Source of the DNA: an uncultured Cytophagia bacterium
GTDB taxonomy: Bacteria; Zhuqueibacterota; Zhuqueibacteria; Thermofontimicrobiales; Thermofontimicrobiaceae
DNA length: 64,000 nt
Assembly: GCA_964605145.1 (NCBI GenBank)
Contig: CAZSBG010000015.1
Span: forward strand, 373-64,372
Direction: 5' to 3'
Positions 19,779-29,258 of the stretch are shown piece by piece. The translations under genes and the position numbers were made by a program. Each line of letters starts with the position of its first letter. Positions within the stretch are counted from its first letter, which is position 1. The notes under the pieces are model-generated. The model was given only the letters and a program-made list of their open reading frames with translations. It was not told the DNA's origin and did not search any database.

Positions 19779-21090
19779 CTACTTCTCACTCGCCAACATA
19801 AACACCGCAAACGAAGCCAGCCAATGCTCCCCCACGTAATCGCCGCTGGCCACGTTTTTCAAGGCGTCTTCAGCATGCCGATCGGCTGCATCGATCAGAG
19901 TTTTCCGAACCGGATCGTCGGCCGGGAGCGCATTGGCAATGCCTTTCATGCACCAGGCGCGGCTCAAATTAAGTCCATCTAAGTGCACGATTTTGGGATC
20001 GCTGCGGTCGCCAACCACAGCCGGCTCCAGCAGGGATTTTGGTTCGCCATTTTTCAAATCCGGAAGAAAACTATGGAACCACTCCGCAAATTTTTCAGGA
20101 CTCAATACGCGCCTCATCAAATCCGCTTCCAAAAGGCAGGGGGAGAAAAAATCCTCGCCGCCCGGTTCCCATTGAGCCGGACACGCTTCGTCGCCTCCAA
20201 AATATGTCAGGCTTCGTTCGAGGATCAAAGCCTCCAGTTTTTCATTTCCGATTTCGCGGGCGTAGTCCAAACCAAAAGCCAGTCCGAACGCGGTGTTCGG
20301 ATGCACCCCGGTTCGAATGGGATAGGTTTGTTTGGGCAGAAAATCCAGGTAACGATCTGCGATGGCTGCTGCCAGTGGCTCAAGATTTTTGGCCCACATT
20401 CGTCCGTCCGAATCGTCCCAGCCGCGAAGCTCTTCGGCTAATTTCAGCAGCCAGGCCCAACCGTACATGCGCTCGAACGATTTCCTGCTCGGCTGGTGCA
20501 GATAATCCACTTCCTGCTTGACATTTTCAGCAGTCAAATTTTGATGAATGGCCGCGCGAATTTCGCCTTCTTCCTGCAAATTTGGAAAAAGCTTCACAAG
20601 TCGAATCAACATCCAGTGGCCATGAACCGAAGAATGCCAGTCGTAACAGCCATAAAAAACCGGGTGCAAATTGCCTGGCGGCAGCACTTCCTTTTCGGAA
20701 TTCATGACGTGATCCATTTTATTGGGATATTCCCGATGGATGCACTTCAGCGCCAGCGCAGCAAAATGAGAAGCAGTTCTGGTTGTTAATTTCGCTTGTT
20801 CAATGGCTTCATTTTTCATATTTTGAGCCACTTGCGGATCGAATGAGCGCGCATGGCCAGAGCAAAAGCCGAATGCCATTCCACTTAACCTGGAATATTC
20901 ATTGTAATGCATTAAGGAATCCAGGTAGCCTGAATGGTGCATAATTCCGAATTCAGTATATCTAACTTTGTTAAATTTCATATATCTGATTAATTTTTAT
21001 AATAACAATAAGTTAAATATCTATTGTTTGAAATTTGTGAATAATTCAGGTTAAAATGATCAATAAAAAATATTTCTGGAATTTCAACAT
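19779..21090 (-). pseudogene. DUF2891-family secreted protein with a MITE inserted in its signal-peptide codons
   Basis: LHPVFYGCYDWHSSVHGHW, FERMYGWAW, HLDGLNLSRAW and GEHWLASFA. Excising the MITE restores MLKFQKYFLLIILSGMAFGFCSGHA from ATG 21090, which has a GGAG RBS. Confidence 0.8.
20888..21051 (-). mobile_element. 164-bp MITE, copy 2 (TA-flanked)
   Basis: Ends ACCTGGAATATTCA...TGAATAATTCAGGT with TA at 20886-87 and 21052-53. Confidence 0.9.
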
Positions 21091-21106
21091 CGTTACTCCG
21101 AATAGT

Positions 21107-22258
21107 TCAATCTGAATTATTTGAAAGTTTATGAATCTCCGCCATGATCGCGTCGACTTCTTCTTCAGTATTGAAAAAATGAGGCGAAATTCGAATGCCG
21201 GCATCCGGGCGCCAGTCGATGAGAAAATCGCGCTTCAATAGTTCCTCTGAAATACGTTGACTGTTTTCCATTTGAACCACCACGGTGCCGCCGCGGTGTT
21301 CAGGCTCAAGCGGACTGTTTACCTGAAATCCATATTCGTTGGCTCGACAGATGATACGTTCGGTCAAATTCAGCGAGCGTTTTCGAATATTTTCCACACC
21401 GACATCCCGAATAATTTCGTAGCCGGCCTTCACCGCATAAAGCGCCGGCAGGTGCGGCGTGCCATTTAAAAATTTGAATCCGCCATTTTTCGTAAATCGC
21501 ATCTGTTTTTCAAAAGCAAATGGATCAGCATGAGCCATCCACCCGGTGAGGCGTGGCTGCAATTTTTCGGACAGATCCGGGCGTACGTAAAGATAGGCAG
21601 CTCCCGGACCACCGCACAACCATTTGATGGAGCCGCCCACGACAAAATCAATGTTCAGTTGCTGCACATCCACAGGTACTGCGCCCACGGATTGATACGC
21701 ATCCAGCACCACGTACGCGCCGCAATCATGGGCTTTTTCTATTATCGGCTCCACCTGCTGAAGGTAAGCGCTCTTGAACAGCACGTGCGAAATGGGAACG
21801 AGCAGGGTATTTTCATCGATGGCATCCACAATTTTTTCGGTGAAAACTGTCATGCCATCCTCGGATCCCACGATTTCGATTCTCGCGCCAGCCGGTTCAT
21901 GCGACTGGTACAGATACATCACCGATGGAAAATTCATTGCGCTGTAAACAATTTTATTTCGTTTCCCGCGAAAATCAAAGCAGGAGAGAATAACTGCCTC
22001 GGCAATGGTCACGTTCTGATGCATGGAAACAGAATTTTTTGGCGCGTTGATAATGTCCGCCAGAATATTCCCGACTTCACCGATGAATTCCCACCATCCC
22101 TCTGACCAGGCGCGGACACCTCGCCTCGACCAGATGTCCGCATAAGTTTTGAGATTGTCATACACACCACGTGGCATGGCGCCCAGTGAATTGTTAATCA
22201 AGTAGGTCGTTCTCTCCAGGATGGGGAATTCGTTTCGCCATTTCAGCAATTCTTTCAT
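21107..22258 (-). CDS. Kynureninase-like class V PLP enzyme
   Basis: YLINNSLG, DAYQSVG, GGSIKWLCGGPG and GWMAH. Confidence 0.8.
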   Translation of the reverse strand: MKELLKWRNEFPILERTTYLINNSLGAMPRGVYDNLKTYADIWSRRGVRAWSEGWWEFIGEVGNILADIINAPKNSVSMHQNVTIAEAVILSCFDFRGKRNKIVYSAMNFPSVMYLYQSHEPAGARIEIVGSEDGMTVFTEKIVDAIDENTLLVPISHVLFKSAYLQQVEPIIEKAHDCGAYVVLDAYQSVGAVPVDVQQLNIDFVVGGSIKWLCGGPGAAYLYVRPDLSEKLQPRLTGWMAHADPFAFEKQMRFTKNGGFKFLNGTPHLPALYAVKAGYEIIRDVGVENIRKRSLNLTERIICRANEYGFQVNSPLEPEHRGGTVVVQMENSQRISEELLKRDFLIDWRPDAGIRISPHFFNTEEEVDAIMAEIHKLSNNSD

Positions 22259-22309
22259 TTATAATCCTTTTGGAGTTTCAAACTATCGGGGTTTATTACT
22301 CAATGCACT

Positions 22310-23458
22310 TTAAATAAATTCAACCTCAACATTCAATTCCACAGGCAAGCCCTGATCCGGCGTAACCAGCATATTCTTGACGTCATACGGAATTTTTATT
22401 TTCTGTGAACCGGTTTTTCCTTCAACTTTGTTTTGAATTTTGAAAAGCATGGTTTTGTTCGGGTGAAGTTTTATATTTTCCGGGACAGACAAACCTGATA
22501 CATCCCCTGCTTTTTCCAATTCGAAGCATACCTGGGAGCTGTTGTGAATCTGAACATAGGCCCGGCCTTTTCCTACTATTTTCACCTTTGGATTCAACAG
22601 CGTCACAGATTCCTCGAAGATCGGCTTCAAGAATTCTTCGGCACCAATGAGTAAATTTTCGTAGTACACAGCCGTTCGTTTGTTATCCAGCGCGTTTCTG
22701 ATGGCATCGCGTGATTTTTCTTTGGAAAACACCAGCGTCATGGGACGATGCGCGCCGCCGGCCAAATCAAATCCAAGACCGGTCGGCGGATGCACATCCG
22801 AATTTCCGAACATGGTCAGATTTTTATCCAGCGCCCATTGAAAAACGGTTGGGTAATAATCGTACCAGTTCACCACTTCAATGCCCTGGAACAAACCTTT
22901 GTCGAACAATTCGGTGTGCTCCGGCCACCATTTTGCTCCATCCGGAGCCTGGGCCTTCCAGCCGGGATGATTCCAGAATACAAACGCGCCCTGGTCGTTG
23001 GCAATTTGAATCGACTTTCTCCAGTCTTCGTTCTCAATTGCGTTCTCATCGGTTACAAAAATCGCATTAAAATGCCCGGGTGGCATGGATTTGGTAATTT
23101 CGACGCCTTTGATTAATATAATGTCCAATTCATCGGCCTTTGATTTTGCAATTTCATAGGGACGTTTAAGATCCTTTTTAACATCATTCTTGTGCGGCTG
23201 ATATTCAAGGTGATCCGTAATCGAGATTGCATCCAGTCCCTCTAACCAGGCTTCTTCAACGCGAGTGGTTGGCCAAACCGAACCATCGGAAAAAACCGTG
23301 TGCATGTGAAAATCGCATTTCAGGGTGAAATAGCCGGGAATGTTCGGAATTGCAACTTCAGTTCGGCCTCTTTCCTGAGAATAACCCGTCGAAAAAGACA
23401 AGCAGCTCATCGCCGCAACGAGAATTAAATTAAATTTCTTGAACAGATTGAATTTCAT
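22310..23458 (-). CDS. Secreted PHP-domain phosphoesterase
   Basis: Signal peptide; CDFHMHTVFSDG, ITDHLE, WNHPGW and GNSDVH. Confidence 0.85.
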   Translation of the reverse strand: MKFNLFKKFNLILVAAMSCLSFSTGYSQERGRTEVAIPNIPGYFTLKCDFHMHTVFSDGSVWPTTRVEEAWLEGLDAISITDHLEYQPHKNDVKKDLKRPYEIAKSKADELDIILIKGVEITKSMPPGHFNAIFVTDENAIENEDWRKSIQIANDQGAFVFWNHPGWKAQAPDGAKWWPEHTELFDKGLFQGIEVVNWYDYYPTVFQWALDKNLTMFGNSDVHPPTGLGFDLAGGAHRPMTLVFSKEKSRDAIRNALDNKRTAVYYENLLIGAEEFLKPIFEESVTLLNPKVKIVGKGRAYVQIHNSSQVCFELEKAGDVSGLSVPENIKLHPNKTMLFKIQNKVEGKTGSQKIKIPYDVKNMLVTPDQGLPVELNVEVEFI

Positions 23459-23586
23459 TTTGCCTCCAAAATAGCGTCCATTTTTTTTCTGATTATAAAA
23501 AAAATCTACCACCAGCAGGTTACAAAAGTATTAATAATTCATTTCATTTCTCATAATTTTGCATTATTCAAATCCTTTCTCCGCCC

Positions 23587-23664
23587 TCAGCGCTCGCTCT
23601 GAATGCCCGGTTCGCTGGAAGAGTGGCCGGCTTTATCGATGATCCACAATTCCCATTTCGCCAT
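23587..23664 (-). pseudogene. Short remnant resembling the C-terminus of proline iminopeptidase
   Basis: Translates as MAKWELWIIDKAGHSSSEPGIQSER*, similar to the catalytic-His motif AGHSxxEPGI of prolyl aminopeptidases. Confidence 0.45.
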
Positions 23665-23665
23665 T

Positions 23666-24565
23666 TCAAATTATTTTGAAATCAAACGTTTTCTTTCCCA
23701 CTAAAATCGCGCGCATATTCCAGTCAAACGCTTTCGAGATTTCCGTGTGCGCCGCAAAACCGCATTTCTCACAGGATATTTCCGCACGATCTTTCAGGTA
23801 GCAGCCGATGTTCATTCGGCCATCCGGCTCAGCGCTGGCAATCAGCCAGTCGTGACAGCGCCAGGTATTTTTTTTCAATCCCTCCAGCGTGGAACCCGAA
23901 TCGAGAATGGGGAAACCGTCCTGCTTCATTTTTATCAACTGATCAAGGACTGCGATTCGCCGATCTTCCGGCAGCCACAAATTTTCCGAATTGGGGAACG
24001 GATAGTAAAATTGAATCGTGACTCCCTTCACCAGTGGCGCGAGGAATTTTATCAAATCAGGAATTTCACCATCGTTCAAACTCGTGATAGTAATATTGGC
24101 CAAAATCTTGGGATGGTTTGATTTTTTAATATTCGAAATGATTTTTTCAAAACAAGTACCGCGATTTTTTTCGTGCGTTTCTTTCAGCCCGTCGACGCTC
24201 ACCCACACCACATCTGCCGAGGATTCGATAGGCAGGGTGCCATTGGTGGTAATTCCCACGCGAAAGAATTTTTTCCTGGCGTACAAAACAAGGTCTTCGA
24301 AAGTGTGCTCGCCATCGCGCCACAGAAACGGTTCGCCGCCTTCAAAGATGAGCAGCCTGACGCCCCTCTCGTACAGCGAATCCATGACCCGGACTGCCTC
24401 ATCGAATGAAATGCTCAGCTGCTTCATTTTCCAAAAAGGGCAGGACCGGCATTTCAGGGCGCAGCGATACGTAATTTTGAAGCCAGCCAGCAAGGGCACT
24501 TTTTTACCAAATACTCGCGCAGCAATGTTGTGTTTCAGAAAATAGAGGTAGTGGGATTTTATCAT
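23666..24565 (-). CDS. Radical SAM protein
   Basis: CxxxCxxC (CALKCRSC), EGGEPF and TTNGT; additional C-terminal Cys cluster. Confidence 0.9.
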   Translation of the reverse strand: MIKSHYLYFLKHNIAARVFGKKVPLLAGFKITYRCALKCRSCPFWKMKQLSISFDEAVRVMDSLYERGVRLLIFEGGEPFLWRDGEHTFEDLVLYARKKFFRVGITTNGTLPIESSADVVWVSVDGLKETHEKNRGTCFEKIISNIKKSNHPKILANITITSLNDGEIPDLIKFLAPLVKGVTIQFYYPFPNSENLWLPEDRRIAVLDQLIKMKQDGFPILDSGSTLEGLKKNTWRCHDWLIASAEPDGRMNIGCYLKDRAEISCEKCGFAAHTEISKAFDWNMRAILVGKKTFDFKII

Positions 24566-24757
24566 TATAACGATTCTTAAATTTATCGAAGGATCTGTTT
24601 TGCTTCATTTCGGACATATTATTTTTTTGGCCATTATTCTATTTGGAACCACGCCAAGGTTGGGTGCACTCTCCGAAATCTTGATATTCACTTTTCGCGT
24701 TTTTTTCATTTTCTATTTTTCTGCGTGTTCCGTGGGCAAAAAATCTTTCACTAATTT

Positions 24758-26227
24758 TTATTCCAGTTCACTCGCTTTTTGTTGAACGATGTCCCAGGCA
24801 AGCGCCACATCCTTCCACGTCGTTTTCAAATTTCCGATGGCCAGGCGGATGCCGAAATTCCCTCTCAGCTTCGTATGCGAGAGGAATACCTGGCCGGTGG
24901 CGTTTATTTTTTCCAGCAGATTTTCATTCATCGAATTGATGTCGGCGATTGCTTTTTCTTCGTTTGTATTTTGAAATGAATTCGGGATGTATCGAAACAC
25001 CAGCGTGCTGAAGGGCACCGGCGCCAGCAACTCAAAATTGGAATGGGAATCGATCTTCACTTTCAATTCACGCGCGAACGAAATGTGTTCGCGGATGGCC
25101 GAAATAATGCCCTCGCGCCCCAGCGAGCGGATGATCATCCACAATTTGAGCGCCCGAAACCTGCGTCCCAAGGCCACGCCCCATTCCATATAGTTCGTGG
25201 TTTCCTCCGCTTCGGCAGTGCGAAGATATTCCGGCGTCAAACTGAACGCCTGCTTCAAAACCTCCGGCCGCCGGCAGAAAAGCACGCTGCAATCGATGGG
25301 AGTGAACATCCATTTGTGGGGATTCACGATGATGGAATCGGCCATTTCCCAGCCTTCGAACAAAAGCCGCATCTCAGGCAGCACCGCAGCAGAGCCGCCA
25401 TACGCCGCATCCACGTGGAGCCAGATATTATTTTTCCGACAGATTTCAGCGATCTTTTTCACAGGATCGACGCTGGTCGTCGATGTTGTTCCCAGCGTGG
25501 CAATTACGCAGATTGGCTTAATTCCATTGGCTATGTCTTTTTCGATCGCGCTCTCAAGCGCCTCGGCATCCATTTCAAATTTTTCGTTTGTTGGAATTTT
25601 TCGTATGCCTTCCTGGCCAATACCGAGAACGATAGCCGATTTTTCAATGGAGGAGTGGGACTCCTCAGATGTGTACATGGCCAATGGCGGAATGTCGCTT
25701 CTTCCAGCCAGTCCCTTTTGCCGAATATCGAGATTGGCCCGCTCCCGGGCCGCGGCCATGGCGCATAAACTTCCCACGGACGCGGTATCATTGATAACGC
25801 CTTGAAACTGATCCGGCAATCCCACCATTTGGCGCAGCCAGTCCAGAACGACCTCCTCCAATTCCGTGGCTGCCGGCGAAGTTTTCCACAGCATGGCATT
25901 CACATTAAGCGCGCTGGAAAGCAGCTCGCCGATGATTCCCGGGTATGAACCAGTGATGGAAAAATAGGCAAAAAATCGGGGATGATTCCAGTGGGTAATG
26001 CCTGGAATGATAAGTTTCTCAAAATCTTCAAAAATCTTTTCGAATTTCTCCGAATGCCCAGGCGGAAGCTCCGGCAACTGTTTTCTTATTTCTCCAGGTT
26101 TCGTCTTTGCCAGCACCGGGAAGTCATCCATTTTTTCGAGGTAACGGGCAATCCACTTAACCACATCGCCAACGCTTTTTTGAAACTCGTCCGGCAGCAT
26201 ATCCCGATGTTCGTTTTCTTCTTCCAT
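24758..26227 (-). CDS. Group II pyridoxal-dependent decarboxylase (aromatic-L-amino-acid decarboxylase-like)
   Basis: THWNHPRFFAYF, SPAATELE, WLHVDAAYGG, NPHKW and LGRRFRALKLW. Confidence 0.9.
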   Translation of the reverse strand: MEEENEHRDMLPDEFQKSVGDVVKWIARYLEKMDDFPVLAKTKPGEIRKQLPELPPGHSEKFEKIFEDFEKLIIPGITHWNHPRFFAYFSITGSYPGIIGELLSSALNVNAMLWKTSPAATELEEVVLDWLRQMVGLPDQFQGVINDTASVGSLCAMAAARERANLDIRQKGLAGRSDIPPLAMYTSEESHSSIEKSAIVLGIGQEGIRKIPTNEKFEMDAEALESAIEKDIANGIKPICVIATLGTTSTTSVDPVKKIAEICRKNNIWLHVDAAYGGSAAVLPEMRLLFEGWEMADSIIVNPHKWMFTPIDCSVLFCRRPEVLKQAFSLTPEYLRTAEAEETTNYMEWGVALGRRFRALKLWMIIRSLGREGIISAIREHISFARELKVKIDSHSNFELLAPVPFSTLVFRYIPNSFQNTNEEKAIADINSMNENLLEKINATGQVFLSHTKLRGNFGIRLAIGNLKTTWKDVALAWDIVQQKASELE

Positions 26228-26384
26228 TATTTATCTCCAAATATGTTGTTGAAAATATTCCACGATACCTTCCGCCTTTATTTCAAAGCGTGTCACTTTT
26301 CCATTCTTTCACCCTTCCATTGTTCCCCTGAACAAATCCCCTCGAATGAATCGCTTACAATCTTATGCTTCTATTTCATTTAGT

Positions 26385-26413
26385 AAAATAATAGAATTCC
26401 ATCTAAATGTCAA
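26385..26413 (-). promoter_or_regulatory. Possible sigma-70 promoter for the leftward operon
   Basis: TTGACA-N17-TATTTT on the minus strand. Confidence 0.4.
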
Positions 26414-26575
26414 GACAGATTATTCAAAAAGCAGTCGATTTGAAAAATTTTTGCTCATGGAAAAATTCTATAAGAATTTGTTTGATTTAACGAATATTTT
26501 TTTTATATTTTTACCTTGAGAGAGGACAAGAGTTATTCGAAATAGATATCAAGCTTAATTCTGCGGAGGAGAATA

Positions 26576-28387
26576 ATGGGCAAAACGATAATTGAAAAGA
26601 TAATTGAATCTCATAGCGATAGACATGTGAAGCCGGGCGATATTGTCGATGTTTCCATCGATGCGCGCGTGGCACGCGATTTCGGTGGCGCCAATGTTGT
26701 GAAGAATATTCGGGACAGCAACCTGTCCATCGAAAACCCGGAAAAAACATTTTTTACGTTCGATTGCAACCCGGGAGGTTCTGACCAAAAATACGCCACC
26801 AATCAGCATATTTGCCGGCTTTTCGCCCGGGAAACCGGCATCAACGTATTCGACATCGACCAGGGCATCGGCACTCACATCGCCATCGAAAAAGGCCTGG
26901 TGAAACCTGGCGGCACATTCATTTCAACGGATTCGCACGCTAATATCATGGGCGCCATCGGCGCGTTCGGCCAGGGCATGGGCGATCAGGATATTGCGGC
27001 GGCCTGGGCTTACGGGAAAATCTGGTTCAAGGTCCCGCCCACTGTCAAAATTATTTTGAAGGGAAAACCGGCGCCATTAGCCACGGCAAAAGACCTTACG
27101 CTTGCAATTTTGAAGGAAACCGGTGCGAATGGTTTGTTAGGCTGCGCGTCCGAAGTGTACGGCGATATTGTCGACGATCTGGACCTGGCGGCGCGCATCA
27201 CCATTGCCTCGATGAACACGGAAATGGGCGGCATCATCATGCTGTTCCCGCCCAATCAGGAAGTCATCGATTATTGCAATCACGCCAATGGAAAGAAAGT
27301 TGAGCCTGTGTACGCCGACGAAGACGCCGAGTACATTCGCGAACTTGTTGTCGACATTGAAGGCCTGGAGCCGCTTATTTCCAAGCCGGGACACCCGGAA
27401 GATGTGATTACCACGTGCGATATTGCGGACATCAAAATCGACTCCGCGTTCATCGGCTCGTGCACCAATGGCCGTTACGAAGACATGGTCGAAGCCGCGC
27501 GAATTCTCAACGGACGGAAAGTGGCGCCGGGCGTGGTGCTGAAAATTGTGCCTGCCACAAATTCGGTGTGGAAGCGTTGCCTGGATGACGGACTCATCGA
27601 AATTTTCAAAACTGCCGGCGCGCTGGTGGGCAATGCCGGTTGCGCCGGCTGTGCGAACGGACAAATCGGACAAAACGGGCCGGGGGAAGTCACCATCAGT
27701 ACGGGGAACAGGAATTTTACCGGCAAGCAGGGAAAAGGCGAAGTGTACCTGGCTTCACCGGCAACGGTTGCGGCTTCGGCAGTTTCCGGGATCATCACCA
27801 TCGCGAAACGCATTCCGAGAAATCCGACTTTATTTCAATCCGGCATCCTAAAAAGAAAGCAGCGCACCGAAGAAAAAGCACCCGAAAAATCAGGGGCAAA
27901 ACCAACCGTGGTTCAGGGACGAGTGTGGGTCGTCCGCCACGATAATATCGATACGGACATGATTTTCCACAATCGCTATCTGGCTATCACCGATATCGAA
28001 CAAATGGGCCAATACACGTTCGACAATCTCAAGGGCTGGGAAGATTTCGCGAAAAAGGCGAAGCCGGGCGATATTGTGGTTGCCGGTAAAAATTTTGGCG
28101 CCGGCAGTTCCCGGCAGCAGGCTGTGGACTGTTTCAAAAGCCTCGGCATTTCGCTTATCATTGCTGAATCGTTCAGCGCTATTTACGAACGCAACGCCAT
28201 CAATGCCGGTATGCCGATTCTTCGCGCTGACCTTTCGAATACGGATATTCAGGACGGTGAGCAGATTCGCGTGGATTTTGAAACAGGAAAGATAGATCGA
28301 TTGTCCGGGAATCAATCGATTAATGGTGAGCCTTTTTCCAGCGTTCAAATGGAAATTTATATGAGGGGCGGATTGTTGGGAAATTAA
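26576..28387 (+). CDS. Fused aconitase-family hydro-lyase (LeuC/HacA-type large subunit plus LeuD/HacB-type small subunit)
   Basis: TDSH, IGSCTNGR, CAGC and STGNRNF.G; after a linker, DNIDTD and NFGAGSSR. Confidence 0.88.
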   Translation: MGKTIIEKIIESHSDRHVKPGDIVDVSIDARVARDFGGANVVKNIRDSNLSIENPEKTFFTFDCNPGGSDQKYATNQHICRLFARETGINVFDIDQGIGTHIAIEKGLVKPGGTFISTDSHANIMGAIGAFGQGMGDQDIAAAWAYGKIWFKVPPTVKIILKGKPAPLATAKDLTLAILKETGANGLLGCASEVYGDIVDDLDLAARITIASMNTEMGGIIMLFPPNQEVIDYCNHANGKKVEPVYADEDAEYIRELVVDIEGLEPLISKPGHPEDVITTCDIADIKIDSAFIGSCTNGRYEDMVEAARILNGRKVAPGVVLKIVPATNSVWKRCLDDGLIEIFKTAGALVGNAGCAGCANGQIGQNGPGEVTISTGNRNFTGKQGKGEVYLASPATVAASAVSGIITIAKRIPRNPTLFQSGILKRKQRTEEKAPEKSGAKPTVVQGRVWVVRHDNIDTDMIFHNRYLAITDIEQMGQYTFDNLKGWEDFAKKAKPGDIVVAGKNFGAGSSRQQAVDCFKSLGISLIIAESFSAIYERNAINAGMPILRADLSNTDIQDGEQIRVDFETGKIDRLSGNQSINGEPFSSVQMEIYMRGGLLGN

Positions 28388-28430
28388 ACCATTTCATTCG
28401 GTAGGTATATAAAGAATTGGTGATTGTCTT

Positions 28431-28721
28431 ATGGCTTTAGCAAATTTTCTTCAAAATAAAAGAAATGAAATCCTCGCCATTTCTAAAAAACATGGGGCAT
28501 TCAATCTCAGAATCTTTGGTTCTGTGGCCCGAGGCGAATATGATGACTTAAGCGACATTGACATTTTAGTTGATGTGGAAACTGGCACAAGTTTATTCGA
28601 TCTCGGGGGATTATCTATCGAATTGGAAAATCTGCTTGGAAAAAAAGTAGATATTGTAACCGAAAGGGGACTCAGAAATCGAATTCGAGATAAAATACTC
28701 AAGGAGGCAAAACCTTTATGA
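28431..28721 (+). CDS. MntA-type minimal nucleotidyltransferase antitoxin
   Basis: FGSVARGE...SDIDILVD (GSx10DxD) and KVDIV. Confidence 0.88.
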   Translation: MALANFLQNKRNEILAISKKHGAFNLRIFGSVARGEYDDLSDIDILVDVETGTSLFDLGGLSIELENLLGKKVDIVTERGLRNRIRDKILKEAKPL

Positions 28722-29234
28722 GGGATGATCTTGAAAGAATCATAGATATTGATGAAGCAATTGTTAGGATTGAGAAATATGCTCACTATGGAAAAGTAGA
28801 ATTTGAGAGAGAAGAATTAATCCAAAATTGGATTATCCATCATCTACAAATTATCGGTGAAGCTGCAGCGAAACTCTCTAACCTGAATTATTCACAAATT
28901 TCAAACAAAAGATGTTTTGATTAATGTTATTAATGAATTTAATCAGATATATGAAATTTAACAAAGTTAGATATAATGAATTCGGAATTAAGCACCATTC
29001 AGGCTATCTGGATTCCTTAATGCATTACAATGAATAATCCAGGCTAAGGAATTCAGACTAAATCATGATCAAATTCCATGGGATAAAATTATCGGAATGC
29101 GGAACATTCTTGTACATAATTACTTTGAAATTGATATAGAAATCGTTTGGGCCGTTATTTTAAACGACTTGCCCGACTTAAAAATAAAAATTCAAAATCT
29201 TATAACAACTCTGAATACAGAAAACAGTAAATAA
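28718..29234 (+). pseudogene. HepT/DUF86 HEPN RNase toxin disrupted by MITE copy 3
   Basis: Removing 28881-29046 gives ...LQIIGEAAAKLS-KEFRLNHDQIPWDKIIGMRNILVHNYFEID...ENSK*, with an intact RX4H motif. Confidence 0.9.
28881..29044 (+). mobile_element. 164-bp MITE, copy 3 (TA target duplication shown by ORF restoration)
   Basis: Ends ACCTGAATTATTCA...TGAATAATCCAGGC with TA at 28879-80 and 29045-46. Confidence 0.92.
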
Positions 29235-29258
29235 ATTGAAATAAAAATTGGGGCCGTA

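Noticed and set aside
20888-20981. Possible small protein encoded by the MITE (MKFNKVRY...)
   Set aside because: The frame is not conserved: copy 1 lacks the ATG and has internal stops, and copy 3 stops in the TIR. It is not a conserved coding element.
26228-26379. Possible acylphosphatase remnant (RGFVQG and EIKAEG in different frames)
   Set aside because: Too degenerate, with several stops and frame changes, to support without a search.
17093-29044. The 164-bp repeats as CRISPR units or attC sites
   Set aside because: They are dispersed rather than arrayed, have no spacers and no cas or integrase gene, and TA duplication inside genes fits a MITE.
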